Assembly (NCBI RefSeq): GCF_009914755.1
Contig: NC_060936.1
DNA length: 64,000 nt
From: the human T2T-CHM13v2.0 reference genome, Homo sapiens
Reading direction: 5' to 3' (one strand)
Made by a program: the position numbers and the translations under genes
Shown: positions 44,233 through 57,443 of the stretch, piece after piece
How positions within the stretch are numbered: position 1 is the first letter of the stretch
Layout: each line of letters starts with the position of its first letter
Notes under the pieces: generated by a model
Told to the model about the DNA's origin: nothing
Seen by the model: the letters and a program-made list of their open reading frames with translations, nothing else
Database searches by the model: none

Positions 44233-44580
44233 TGATATGGTTTGGTGTCTCCACCCAACTCTCCCAAATTGGAGGAGGGGCCTGGTGAGAGGTGACTGGA
44301 TCATAGGGGTGAATTTCCTTCTTGCTATTCTCATGATAGTGAGTTCTCATGAGATGTGATGGTTTAAAGTGTGTGGCACTTCTCAATTCACACATTCTTT
44401 CTCCTGCTTTACACCATAGTAAGACATGCTTGCTTCACCTTCCGCCATGACTAAGTTTCCTGAGGCCTCCCAATCATGCCTATTAAACCTGCAGAACTGT
44501 GAGTCAATTAAACCACTTTTCTTCATAAATTACCCAGTCTCAGGTAGTTCTTTATAGCAGTGTGAGAACAGACTAATACA
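44233..44580 (+). mobile_element. MSTA/MSTB solo LTR
   Basis: tgatatggtttgg...aattacccagtctcaggtagttctttatagcagtgtgagaacagactaataca; TSD gtggc/gtggt. Confidence 0.88.
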
Positions 44581-44904
44581 GTGGTTTTAGTAAAGATATT
44601 CAGTGCAAGTCTAGAAGGCATTCTTGGCCCTGAGCACCCAGGATTGTATAAGCGCATTACAAAATAGGTGTTTGGGTTAACCTTGTTATGCCTTGTGACT
44701 GTTTCATATTTACCTTTTTAAATAGAACCTCTGAAATGTACCTCAGAGGCAGTGTCAGTTGGGGACTTTTATCCTGTGCTCTGATCAAGACACTGTACAT
44801 TAATTGCCAATCACACGCTTGTCTTTAAAGATGGGAATATTTAATTTCTTCCTACTTCTTTCCTCTAAAAGGCTTATTTTTCTAATCAAAATGCTTTTCT
44901 ACCA

Positions 44905-45455
44905 GACCAGAGATTGGTAATTTTTCTGTAAAGGGTTAGATGTTAAATATTTTAGGCTTTGGGAGCCATATAATCCTTATTATGAGGACTCATTTCTGCT
45001 ATTTTATTATGAAAGCAGCCACAGACAATATACAAATAGACAAGCATGGCTGGGTTCTAATAAAACTTTATAGAAGCCGGGTGCAGTGGCTCATGCCTGT
45101 AATCCCAGCACTTTGGGAGGCTGAGGCAGGCTGATCACTTGAGCTCAGGAGTTCCAGACCAGACTGGGCAACATGGTGAAACCCCGCTTCCACAAAAAAA
45201 TTAGCTGGTCATGGTGGCACGTACCTGTTTTTCCAGCTACTTTCAGGGGCTGAGGTGGGAGGATCGCTTGAGCCCAGGAGGTCAAGGCTGCAGTGAGCCA
45301 AGATCACGCCCTTGCACTCCAGCCTGGGTGATAAAGTGAGACCCTGTGTCAAAACAACAACAACAAAAAACAAAACCCCAAAAACCCAGCTTTATAGAAA
45401 CAGGTGGCAGGCCAGATCTGGCCCATGAGCTATAGTTGCTGACTCTTGCTCCAGA
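44905..45455. mobile_element. MER58A interrupted by an Alu
   Basis: ttctgtaaagggttaga...aaatattttaggcttt...aaagcagccacagacaat...aataaaactttat | caggtggcaggccagatctggccc. Confidence 0.8.
45075..45385 (+). mobile_element. Alu (AluJ-like)
   Basis: Alu consensus; TSD ctttatagaa. Confidence 0.94.
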
Positions 45456-46119
45456 TCATAAACTGCTTTATATTGGTCTACAGATCCCCAGGGTTTAAAA
45501 TCAAGTAGGGATTCCAATCTCTGGAATCATGAAACATATTCTACTTTTGTTTACTAGTTGCCTTGAAAACTGCTTGATATGAATGACTGCAAGATCTGCT
45601 GTTAGTCCCCAGAGCTGCCTTTTACTTCTTTGGAGAAGCTGGGACTGAGGTAGGGACTGATGCAATGGCTTCCCCTCCTTTTATGACTTCCAGGGGAGCC
45701 CTGCTACTGGAAGGCCCAGCAGGAAGTCAGAGGTAGGAGAGAGAGGTCAGGGTATTTAGCCTCAGCCCAGCCTTCTCTTGCTGGCTGGGCCACTGGTTGG
45801 CCAGTAGCTGCTCCTCCACTGTCAGGCAGCCCTTTCCATATGGCTCTTTCCTCTATGTTCAGGGAACTGCACCCCACCCCTTTCCCCTTCATAAGTAGGG
45901 ATGCAGTTTGCCAGCCCCAGGACAATTCTCTGCTTCCTTTTAGTGTCCCTGCTTACTCCCTTTCCACACCTTTGAGATGAGTTTAATGAAGGGATTTTAT
46001 TTGAATATTCCATCTGCTTTCTGCTGGGACGCTGAATGCTAGGAATTAAACAGAAAACCCAGGCCATGCATTAAAGACTTCATACAGCTGACTCATAGGT
46101 GGGGATGAAGGAGCTGATG

Positions 46120-46635
46120 CATCTCAGGCTCTAAGATTCTCCCCAGTGGTCCCTGTTTCCTGGTGTTTGGGGCCCTTGTCAACCTTCTTTCTCCTCCTTG
46201 AGTATGAGTAGAACCTGTGACTTGCTCCTAGCTGGGAGTGGCAAAAGGGATAGGATGTCACTTCTATGGTTCTAACAACTGTCTTGCTAGCAAACCCCTC
46301 TCCTTGCTGTCTTTGATGAAGCAAGTTGCCATGTTGAGGTGGCCCACATGGCAAAGAACTAAGGGCAGCCTTCAGCCAACAGCAAGAAGCTGAGGTCCTC
46401 AATCCTACAACCTGCAAAAAACCAACACTTGCCAGTGATCACAGGGGCTTGGAAGTGGGTCCTTCCAGGGAACTTCTGGCAGACACCTTGATTGCAGCCT
46501 CATGAGACCCTGGTTCAAGAGGATTCAGTCTAGTGATATGCTGACCTGACTTACAGAAACTGAGAAAATAAATGTGCTGTTTTCAACTGAGTTTGTGGCA
46601 ATCCATTAAGCAGCAATAGGCAACTATATGGCATA
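46120..46635 (+). mobile_element. MLT1E/F-type LTR
   Basis: gaacctgtgacttgct...ggatgtcacttc...acatggcaaagaactaagggcagcc...aataaatgtgctgtttt...gcagcaatag. Confidence 0.7.
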
Positions 46636-47749
46636 GTAATTGCCTCTCTTTCACAGATGAGGAAAATAGGGTTTGGAAACATGGACTAAGTTGCCCGAGA
46701 GACACAGCTAGGAACCTGCAGAACATGATCCCAGGGGTAACAGCCCTGGAGCTCACTGCCTCTCTCCTGTGTTTGTAGATTTCTATCAAGCAGATGTCAT
46801 CTTGGGGCTCACTGTCCTTGGTGAATGACTTACATCTGAGCTTCTTCCTGCTCTACCCAGTACCTCCTGGGGAGCAGCAGGGGCCAGGGTTTGTAAGACA
46901 GCGTTCAGCTGTCAGCACTGGCATTTGTCAAAGGAAGTGGCTGCTCTTGGGCCCTGCCACCCTTCCCAAAGTGGACACTGCTTTTGAAAAGTGCTAATGT
47001 ACAAACTTGTCAGGCCCAGCCTTCGGGGAGGGGAGGGCTGCAGCAGGGCTCTGGTGCTGGGGGACTGATAAGAGGCAGCACTGCTACAGGAGGCTGGGCA
47101 TCTTTCCGTTGCTCACTTCTTTCTCCAAAGTACTCTTTGGCTGGGAGGTGGGTGAGAGCTGGGTCAGGGAGAACAGAGACCACTTCTTCAGATCTTTCTA
47201 TTCTTAAGACCCAGAGCCAAACCAGTGAGGTTCTGGGTGGGAGAAGGGAGAGACACCTCTCTCTCTAGTGGAGACCAGTGTTAAGGGAATGAAAGTGCAG
47301 AGTTCATCTGCTAGATGATTACTTTATGTTACAGGGTAGGGGAAGAATGGGGCTTCATTCGAGCTACTGGAAGAATTAGGACCAAAATTTGAGAAGCATG
47401 CCCCTTTGAAAGCAAGCACATAAGTAGTTGGCTGCCTGGTTAAGTGTCAGGATGTTCCCAGGTCTTGTTTTATATTATTGTTCATCTCCACTTATTACAG
47501 AGATAGGCAATTCCAGATTAAAAACATACATAAGTAGCCTCTAATCAACAAAGGGGCAGTAGTTTTGTTGCCTAGAAACTGGAGGTACAATGGTGAACAA
47601 AACACCACGCCTGCTTGAGTGAATAAGTGGCTTCAACCATCTAATATTTAAACAACTACCAAGTGGCAGGCACCATGCTGGGCTCAAGGATACGGTGAAA
47701 AGACAGTCCTTGCATTTTTGAACTTACATCCTAGTGAGGGGAAAAATAA

Positions 47750-48225
47750 AATTACTGCATAACAAAGTACCCCAAAACTTGGTAACTTGAGACAACAATG
47801 ATTGCTCATTTCTCATATTGCAGGTTGCGTATTTGGGCAGGGCTCAGCTGTGTGGTTCTTCTACCCTATGTCACCTGGAGTTAATGCATGCTTACATTTA
47901 GCTGGTGATTCAGATGGAACACTACGATGGCCTCTCACCCCCCAGGGTCTCTCTGTATGTGGCCTCTCATCATTGAGCGGTTCAGCTTGGACTTCCTTAC
48001 AGCATGGCATCTGGGCTGCAAGAAGGGAAAGATGCAGCTGCAAACCTTAAGGGCTGAAGTCTCAAGACATCACCTCCACTACAATCTATTGGCTAAAGCA
48101 AATCCCAGGGCCAGTCCAGACTCAGGAGTAGGAGAAAATATTAATAACGCCTCTTGCTATGAAGAGTGGCAAGTGTATACAGGGAGGAGAGGAAGTGCCG
48201 GTGGCCATTTTTGGAAACCATTAAC
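47750..48225 (-). mobile_element. Old MLT1 LTR
   Basis: ctgcataacaaagtaccccaaaactt...tttgggcagggctcagctg...cttccttacagcatggc. Confidence 0.65.
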
Positions 48226-48829
48226 ATATAATTGCAGATAGTGATACACTCAGCAATGAATATTAAGCCTAGTAAAGGGAAAGTCTAGAAGGTGAGTGAG
48301 CAATGCTGTTCAATTGAGGTATAGGTATGCTTTGAAGTTTTGGTAGAAATTGATATTTTGAAATGACATATTATGATTATTCAAGTATTAAATAATAAAA
48401 GTATTATCCTCATTTTACACATGAGGAAATTGAGAGGGAGGCAAATGACTTAAGATGACACAGCTAAGCTGGTAGTGGAGCTGGGGTTTGGAACCAGGAC
48501 ATGACTTCACAAGTCTCTTGTAATATTATCCCAGATGAAAATCTGACTCAATTGAGGTATTCCTTTCTTCACCAATTGACTGAAGTAGCTAAAGGGACAG
48601 ACTTGTCACTACCTTTATGTGATCCCTGAACTTCTGATTTATAGGCAAAAGTTTTATTCTGATCAGATGACAGAATGAGTGAATATCTAGATTCAAAGCA
48701 TCCTTTAGGTCCTAGAGAAGAGCTCCACAAGGGACAGATGAGTTAAGCCTCACATGTCCATTTCCATGGGTGAAAATTATCTGATGTTGGCCCTATTTGC
48801 AATAGCAAGCAAATGATAGTTATAGTTTA

Positions 48830-49310
48830 AAAATAGCCACTATACCTTGAACACACTGTCAAGATGACATGAGACTCCTGGGTCAGAGACAAAGGATTTT
48901 TGTTTTTTACTCAAAGCACAGCAAGCAGAATAAACATTGATAGTTTGAGGGTTCCCCCTTGCTGTCCAAGTTTTCCCATTCACCTGGGCACAGAGCAATC
49001 CAGGTGAATGCTACATATGTGGCAGGTTCACACCACAGCTGAGCTACCTTGAGCCTAGGGAACCAGACAAAGAACTGCAAGTAGTCCTGTCTGACCTGCC
49101 TGAGAAGCAACATTGTCTTTATTACACAGGACAACAAATGAATCTTCCCTCTGCTCTGAGGCTGTGGAGGGGGGTGGTGACAGTATTTACCAAGGCAGTT
49201 GATTATATAAACATTCTTGAAGAGGTAGTCCAGAACAAAATGTCAGTGCTTCTGCTCAGAAGACATGCAGGAATGTAAGTCGCCTATAGAGAATAGTCTC
49301 CCAACACTAT
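48830..49310 (-). mobile_element. Probable ERV LTR (family not assigned)
   Basis: gagactcctgggtcagagacaaagga...ttactca..gcacagcaagcag... ends ctcccaaca. Confidence 0.4.
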
Positions 49311-52300
49311 GTCCCAGGCACTATTCTATGGACTTCAAGTGTTTAATTTAACCTTCACAGCAGTCCAATGAGTTAGGTACTGTTATCCCACTTTCTAGTT
49401 GAGCAAACTGACCTTGGGAGGGTCCCTTAACCTCTCTTCTCCCTAGCTAGTAAGTGCCAGACCAGGTTGGTATCCTCTACATTTGGTTTTCACAGCAATG
49501 TTCTTCACCACTGCATCACATGGTGGATAATGTAGCATCTGCTATTTATAGTCAACTTGCTAAGTATGTCATCTGAAAATTTAACAACAACCCTTTGAGG
49601 TGGCCATCAGGCTCCTTTTACAGAAGTTTTGGGTTACTGAGCAACTCATGCAAGGTCACAATAGCCAAGCTGGGATTTGAACCCAGGGCTGACTCAAGCC
49701 TTTCCTACCAAATGATGTTCTATTCTCCTTGTCCCTGCAAATCTACTGTAATAGAACTGGCAGGTGATAGAGTATCATTTGTCTTTTCTATTAAATACAA
49801 AAATAAGGCGGTGATGCCACAAGGGAGTATGAACCCACTTGTATAATATTGTGTCTCCTGCTAGACTGAATATTTCCTGATAGTAAAGTCATATCTTGCA
49901 TCTTGGCCATGTACAGATTACTATCACTGAACCAGGAGCCACTAAAAGATATAGAACTTGGGGGTATCCCATTCGATTAAGGCAACTCATATACATGTAT
50001 AGATTTCTGAATGTATGGGAAAAGGCAAGGAAGTCAACTCCAGTTTGGCTATTTCCATTTCCATTTTCTAAGGGCTTTCAGGAGGATTTATCTTCTGGGC
50101 CGGATCCTGCCTAGGAAAGGCTCATGCATCCTTCCTACAAAAGAGGCACTGACACTTCTGATTAAGGTAGGATAAGCTGTCACTTGTTGGTAAAGTTTCT
50201 ACCAGTCTCTAACCCATTGAAGGAGAATATTTTGCTTTCTTCTCTCAGATCTTGTGGATGTGCTGTGGAAATGGAGAACCTTAACCATTGCATAGAATGG
50301 ACTTGGGGCAAGTTCCTGAGCTATAAGTTACATAGCTCAGAAGTAGCAGAGCCAGGATCCAACACCTGTTTTGCCATACATCAAATGGGGACAATAGAAG
50401 TAACTGATATTAACCTAGGGCTGAAATAAGGCATGTCTGCTGCTTGGTGGTTGCAGTCACAGTCACAGGAAGTTTTAAAGGCACTGTAGCCAAGAGTTTG
50501 GCTTCCTCCTCACAGGTCTCTTGGGGTGGCCCTGTCCTCCCTCTTGTTTCCTTGGCACAGCAGGGTCTAGACCCTCTACTCAGCCATACACAGGAGCCAG
50601 GCTGCTGGAAAACATACCCCCAGCCCCAACTGCTTTGTCCAGTCTTGGGGGAGGTGGGAAATGTACACACCTAGAAGTGATGATGGTATTTCTCCTGCAG
50701 GTTCCCATGAAAAGCAGCATCCCAGTGAAGTCAAAGCCCTGGAACCATCCTCTTCATCTGTGTTGCTGCTGAGAGATCAGAAGTCTACCTCTGGAGATAG
50801 AATCCTTGTCTGCTGCTGGGATGGAGGGAAGTGCTAACATTCCACTAGAAAGTGGGTTCTTCCATGGAGGGACAGAATTTGATTCTTGCTGCTTATACAA
50901 AGTAGGTGTTCACAAGGCACTTGTGAACAGCTAGCTCTGCAGAACAAGTCTCCATCATCTCGTTGCAGGCTGCTTACCTGCTGGGAGTGGCATCCTGGGG
51001 CCTTCCTCTCTGGCCACCCTAGACTTTGGTTTTAATTGCTCCTGAGTCTCCCTTCTTCCTGCCGGCTGGCCCTGCGGTCTGTCACCTACGGGACGGCCAA
51101 CGTCAGAGCTGGGTGACCTTTCAAAGACACCAGGATTTGTTTAATTTTCAGAATTCACCTCTCTTCATCCTTTTTATCAGAGGCAGTTAGGGCCCAGCTG
51201 GGGAGGCTATTTGGCATTTTTCCCTGTATTTTGAAACAGGTGGGCTGGGGCCTTCTCAAGTGGAGTCTTTTCAACTGAGAGAACTAGAAAGACAGACAAT
51301 GATAGAATGGGGTGGGGGTGGAGTAGAATTACCAAGAGAACCAAACATACATTAAGTTATTTTAACACCTGACTCATTTTCATGAAAGTCTTCATTACTG
51401 CATCTTCTGTCTCCAAGGTTTTCTACACACATAATTGCAGCTTGTGTTTACAAAGTCATTACCACATGCCAAGCACGTCACATGTCTCGCTTCATGTAAC
51501 CTTCACAGCAGCACCTTGAGGTTCTGTTATCTCCGTTTTACAGGTAGGTAAGGTTAGTTATTGCCCAAAGCCATACAGTGTGTTGAGGGGCCAGAGTTTA
51601 AACACAGCTCTGTAGACTCAGTCTGTCCACGAAGCAAGAGTATGTGCAAACCTCACCTGATCCTCACAATAACCTTGGAAAAGAAATGTATCCTCCCATC
51701 TGATAGAGTCCGAGTAGTCTCAGCTGCTATAATTGTTATTCCTTCTGTGCTCAACATTTGTTGGCTGGGTGACTTGAAAGCTGAAGTGAGAAAAACAGTA
51801 CCTGGAACATGGAGTAAAAACCCTTTAACATATGGGAATCTACTAAACCCCATCAGGTCAGTGAAATAGGTACTATTATCACCATTTTACAGGAGAAAAA
51901 AAGGTAAGGCTCAGGGATGTGAAGTATGTCCAAGATCAAGTGCTGATGAGTGGTGGAAGCAGATTTAAGTGATGGCCATCTGACCCCACAGCCTACATTC
52001 TTGACTGCTGCATTACCTCCCTTCCTATGCATACAGACCATGGTTGGCTGGACCAACACAGAGGTCTTTCTCTAGTGGGGTCTTCTGGGGCTTAAACAAT
52101 TCTGGATGCTCAACTGCAGGTGCTATGGAACCACATTTTGGTGTTTACCTTCCTTTTCCCTTCTGCCCTGACCAATCTAGATACCTGCTAAATCCCCCAA
52201 TAAAGCGTAGGGATAGTTTGAGGCTTGTACAAATGGTTTCAATTGGAAAACTTCTTTGGAATAAGTGAGTAATTGTAGCAGGCTATTGCTACCGAAGCCA

Positions 52301-53409
52301 GGAAGAGAAGATATTTTTCTCAAAGGGATGCTTCAACAAGGTACTTGTGCTTGGGAATGATGGGCACAGACTCATCTGCTTTTCTGATGGAGAAGAATGT
52401 GTCAAGAGAAGCCTGAGGTCTTGTCACCTAGGCCCACTCATGAGGTAGGGATGGTGTAAGGTCTTGTTCAGTGGGAAGATAGGAGAATGAAGTTCTCAGC
52501 AAGAAGCCGCCAAAGGGCATAACTTGGGAGGACAGATGAGCAAAAGTTTCCTCTTTTGGCGTCTGGTTACCTTAGCTCAGAGATGTCCAGACTTCTTATA
52601 TATGACCTAGAGGGTCGTATGAACTTAAAAACACAAAAAAGTAAGACTGAGATTGATATATTTCATCTTAGCTGATTTTAGTTTTCCAGCTTGACTTTAT
52701 AATTGTTCCATTTGTTTTCTCTTCATTTCATACCATTTACCATCTTACCATTATGCCATTTACCATCTTAGGTTGTGCCTTACATAAGTTTTATCTTATT
52801 CTTTTGTGATTTTTAGTTTCAGAGGCCTCATTGAATAAAATTGAAGGTGGGCAAAGGAAAAACACTTAGTGAGCATATACCATGTGCTAGGCTCTATGCT
52901 AGGTGCTGGGGATACAACCCTGCAGAAGGCAGACACCATTCATATGTTTTGCCTTTCCCATTTGCCTTGGGAAGGTTGTAAAGTACATGTCAATTACCAC
53001 TGTAAGCAGCTCTAGCAAGGGAGTACGGGGTTTTCCAAGAACACATATCTAGGGGTCTCAACCTAGTCGAGGGAGTTGTTTTACACTAATTCTGTTATTT
53101 TAACCTTTTCTAGTTTTATCCATCCCTTTAATTGGCTTTATTTTATCATTTGTTTGGAATATTGTCCATTTGGAATTTTATTCCTGCTTGATGGACTGGC
53201 AGGCAGGAAATGTGGATGTGAGGGTGGCTGCCACAAGGATATTCCTCACTCTAATCATGTATTCCTTCCAGCAAACCTCAGCAACCCCCCACAACACATA
53301 CACTCCTTTCAAAATGTGGCTGTGGATCCGAGTTAGAATAAAACTACCTCAACATTTATACCTTAACTCCTGGGACTAGGTTTTCCAAACATCTTTTTGG
53401 TGGGGAGAT

Positions 53410-53610
53410 ATCTTGGTGGTGGTGGGTGGGGGGCGTGCAATGTGGTGGTGGTGGGGGATGGGCAACGTGGTGGGGGTGGGGGATGGGCAACGTGGTGGGG
53501 GTTGTGGTGGTGGGGGCAACGTGGTGGTGGTGGTGGTGTGGGGGGCAACATGGTGGTGGTCGTGGGGGGTGGGCAACGTGGTGGTGGTGTGGGGGGCAAC
53601 GTGGTGGGAT
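53410..53610 (+). repeat. G/T-rich degenerate minisatellite (GGGCAACGTGGTG core)
   Basis: About 7 cores spaced 23-30 bp apart, separated by (GGT)n and G runs. Confidence 0.85.
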
Positions 53611-54939
53611 GCTACATATTCCAAATGTCCTCATAAAAGCATCTGACTTTTGACTGCTTACCATGTGCCATGATCTGATCTTCACCACGACTCCAACAGT
53701 AAGGTGCTATTATTCCCATTTTCAGAAGGAAGAAACTGAGGCCCAGCAAGGTTGAGCAACTTACCCAAGATTAAAAGACTAGCTATTAATGGAGTTGGCA
53801 CTTGACTCATGCAGTCTAATTTTAAAGTACAAGCTGTTATTTCCAGCCCCTGCATTGCCTCCCTAGATCCCTAAGCATGAGGCCAGCCTTATAATGGTCT
53901 ACAGTTACAGAAGCCACAGAGCCATACCACCGTACTTTGAGAATTGAGTCAACTCCTATAGGAAGAGTTATTCTTCACCTACGGGATATGTCCTTGTGCT
54001 ATACACTCTAGGGGATTCAGTTGAGGAACTGAACATTGAAGGTAACAACTTACTGAGAACAAGGTGGAAAGTAAGATCTGAATCTGCCCCCTCCCAGTGT
54101 GACTTGGGTGAGCCTCAGCTTGTTTATCCATTAAATGGGGGGTCCTATAACCTCCCCCTCAGAGACACAGTTTGAGGATCAAATGAACAGAAAAAGGGGG
54201 GTACAGGTGTGTGACTGAATGTGGGAATTTCTTTTAGGTAGACAACAGTTATGAGAGGTGTTTGTCAGCAGACATTCTCATGTACTGCTGGAGTGTCTAG
54301 CCTGCTTTGGAAATCAGGTTGATATCATTTGAGAAAAATCAATGTAAAAACCTCTGTGCTGTGTGGCACAGTAGTTCCGCCCCAAGCCCCAGGAGACAAG
54401 TCCAAGGACACCCATAGCAACATTGCTCATGATAGCCCCCAAACAGAAATCAAATTCCCAAAGTAGAAGAGACAAGTTGTGGCTTATTCATATAATACTG
54501 TAAAGACCTAATTAGAAGAATCAAACCATATAGTGTGGTAGATTCTGGAGTAGGGAAGGGCTATAATGTAGACACACTTTAAAGGTTAGCCTAACAAGAG
54601 CATGGTGACCAAGATGGATAGGGAGTCCTTGGCCTCTGGTTTCATACTAGGGAGGTAATAGACTAGACCTTTTACATAGAATTAAGGTGTTAAGCATTGA
54701 GGGGTCATTGATAGAAAAATCAATACCAGGGGCTTGACATTGACAATGTTCCCAATAAGCAGTAGCTGAGTCCAGCATCTCTCCCTGGATACCACCAACC
54801 AAATGCTTTTTACTCCAACCTGGGTAGCCCATATGAAATTGAATAAGGAAAAAATAATAAAAAGAAGTATTTGTGGAACTGGAAAAAAAGGTGTTTAAGA
54901 AATAATTGGAGAACACAATAAAACAAAACATGCTTGTAT

Positions 54940-55430
54940 TTTAATGGATCTGGGCAAAGTAAATTGAAAATCTTCTGGAAAGGATTCATATTCTAGATGC
55001 CATTAAGACTATTCATGATTCACGAGAGGAGGTCAAAATATCAACATTGTCAGAGTTTGGAAGAAGATGATTCCATCCCAAATGGATGACTTCAAGAGGT
55101 TCAAGATTTTAGTGGAGGAAGAAACTGCAGATGCGGTAAAAATAGCAGGAGAACTAGAATTAGAAGTGGAGCCTGAAGATGTGACTGAATTGCTACATCT
55201 CATGATAAAACTTTCACAAATGATAAATTGCTTGTTACGGACAAGCACAGAAATTGCTTTCTTAAGATGGAATCTGCTTCTGGTGAAGATGCTATAAACA
55301 TTATTGAAAGAATCTGCTTCTGGTGAAGATGCTATAAACATTATTGAAATGACAACAAAGAATTTAGATTATTACATAAAGTTAGTTGATAAAGCAGTGG
55401 CAAGGTTTGAGATGACTGACTCCAATTTTG
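54940..55430 (+). mobile_element. Tigger1 transposase-region fragment
   Basis: ggatctgggcaaagtaaattgaaaa..ttctggaaaggattc...; translation MDDFKRFKILVEEETADAVKIAGELELEVEPEDVTELL resembles the Tigger1 C-terminus. Confidence 0.85.
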
Positions 55431-55434
55431 TTTT

Positions 55435-55648
55435 TAAATTTTCTTAGTCTTTTAAAAAAGATTTTAAAATTATTATAGTTGTACATATTTGGAAGCATTT
55501 GTGATATTTTGATACTATGTAACATGTAATGATCAAATCAAGGTTATTGGTATATCCACTACCTGAAACGTTTATCTTTTGTTCTGGGAACATTACAATT
55601 ATCTTCTTCTAGTTATTTGGAAATATAAAATAAATTATTGTTAACTAT
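55435..55648 (-). mobile_element. L1MA-type 3' end fragment
   Basis: atagttgtacatatt...gtaatgatcaaatcaaggt...ttctagttatttggaaatata...ttgttaactata. Confidence 0.75.
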
Positions 55649-56079
55649 AAAAAAAAGAAATTGAATAAGGAGAAACTTAGACGTTGTACCAGCTCTGATG
55701 GCAGAGACCTCCCACCCATGGTCACTCTTAGTTCTGCTCCCTGGAGACACGTGGGAAGCTTGAAGGAGTTTCCAAGATGGCGGTCTTCATCTTTGATGAG
55801 CTTTTACCACCTCTCATCTCTCCTTGCTTTATCCTCAAATGGGAAGGCAATATAGTGTGATGGTTATAGCCCTTCATCTAGAGTCAAGTGGCTCAAGTTT
55901 CACATAGAACCTACGTTAGTTGTGTCATTTTGGCAAGTTATTTAACCTTGTGAAGCAGTTACTTCTGTCTCCCCTTATAGATGAGAAACCTTCAGAGAAG
56001 CTGTCATGGAGATTAAAGGTAGGGTATAATCTATTTGGCACAATGTCTGGCATGCAGCTAGGGTAAGAGTTTTTACTAC

Positions 56080-56235
56080 AATGGCTCAAGTTATGCTACA
56101 CATTAGAATTACCTGAGCAGCTTTAAAAAGCCACCCTGATGCCCTGGTCACATCTCATACAAAATCAGTGTCTGGGATTGGAAGCCAAGCATCAATACTT
56201 TAAAAAATCCGAGTGTGTAGCAACGTTTGGAAGAC
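56080..56235. mobile_element. MER5B-like element
   Basis: cacattagaattacctgagcagctttaaaaa...ctgatgccc...aaaatcag..tctggg. Confidence 0.6.
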
Positions 56236-57298
56236 ACTGATCATAATTTTCCCAAAGCAGGTTTTAGGTGCCTTGAGTTTTCCTGATTTGGGGCACTCAG
56301 CCACCTGCCTGCAGACTCCTATTCCTTTAGTAGCTCTGGCTTCAAATATTTCCTGCATAGGTGTGAAAGATGGACTCAGCTGCTCTGAGACTGAACTCAG
56401 CTGTTCAGTCTCCTTTGCCGCTTGGCAAATAATAATAATAATAAAAACACTGCCAGCCTTTCCTGCTGCAGTCAATGGTACCACCAAATGCTCAAACTTG
56501 GGAGGCTACCTTAACTTTTCCATGTACTATATTCAGTCAAGTTCCTTCTATAATCCTTCATTGCTGTCTGTCAAGGAGAGTGAGAGAAGCAAATGTACTC
56601 ATCCAAAGCCACAGTGATCAACCATCGTCCCCCCATCTAGGCAACTTCAGTAATCTACTTCCCTTCCTGGCCTTTGTTCCCAGGTACCAGCCAGCCACAT
56701 GGGTCTTTTAAATGCACAGTTCATCACTCCTGTGCCTTAGGTCCTCGAGGGCTTCCCATTGCCATCTGGATAAAGACCAAATTGCCAATCCTGTCCTAAA
56801 AGACTACAGGGCCAGCTTCTCTAGACTCATTCTTATCCCTTGAATTTCCAGCCTCTAAAGGGAGTTGCTTTTAATTCCTTGAATGCTTCAGCCTCAGGAC
56901 CTTTGCACAGGTTGTTCTGGCCACTGTTATCTCTACACAGCCTTCTCTGAAGACTTTAGTTGTCACCCCATAGCTGCTGTTAAGTGCTTTCAGTGTTAAC
57001 TCATTTGATACTATGAGGCAAACCTTATTACCCTAATTTTATAGGTGAGGAAACTGGACACAGACAGGTTGAGCTGCTTTCATTAAGTTAAGGGCACAGC
57101 ACCAGGGAACTAAAGAGCTATAACTTGACCTTGAGTAGTCTGGTTCCAGAGCCTGAGGTCTTGGCACAACCTTGCACTGATGGATACAGAACGTCACAAG
57201 TTTTTTGCCCCTAAGTCACAACTGACTTTACCCCTAGATTCCTAGAGCCTTGCATGCAGTAGACACTTAATGGTTTCTGAATAATCTCCCAACAATGA

Positions 57299-57405
57299 CA
57301 GAAAACCACCTCTCCCCATTCCTACATTAGCTCAGAAACCACCTCTTCTTATTCCTACATTGGCTCAAAAACCACTTCTCTGCATTCCTATGTTGGTTCA
57401 GAAAC
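57299..57405 (+). repeat. 33-bp tandem repeat, about 3 degenerate copies
   Basis: aaaccac...attccta..tt.g.tca recurring at 57303, 57336 and 57369. Confidence 0.8.
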
Positions 57406-57443
57406 AAAACCAAGTGGAAGCCGAGGTGGTCCAAGCTCTCAGT

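Noticed and set aside
53410-53610. Repeat-spacer pattern reminiscent of a CRISPR array (also 57299-57405)
   Set aside because: Eukaryotic context, spacers are low-complexity G/T slippage products or absent, and there are no cas genes.
55067-55297. Possible domesticated TIGD-like gene
   Set aside because: Short, frameshifted Tigger1 fragment without start, DNA-binding domain or complete catalytic domain.
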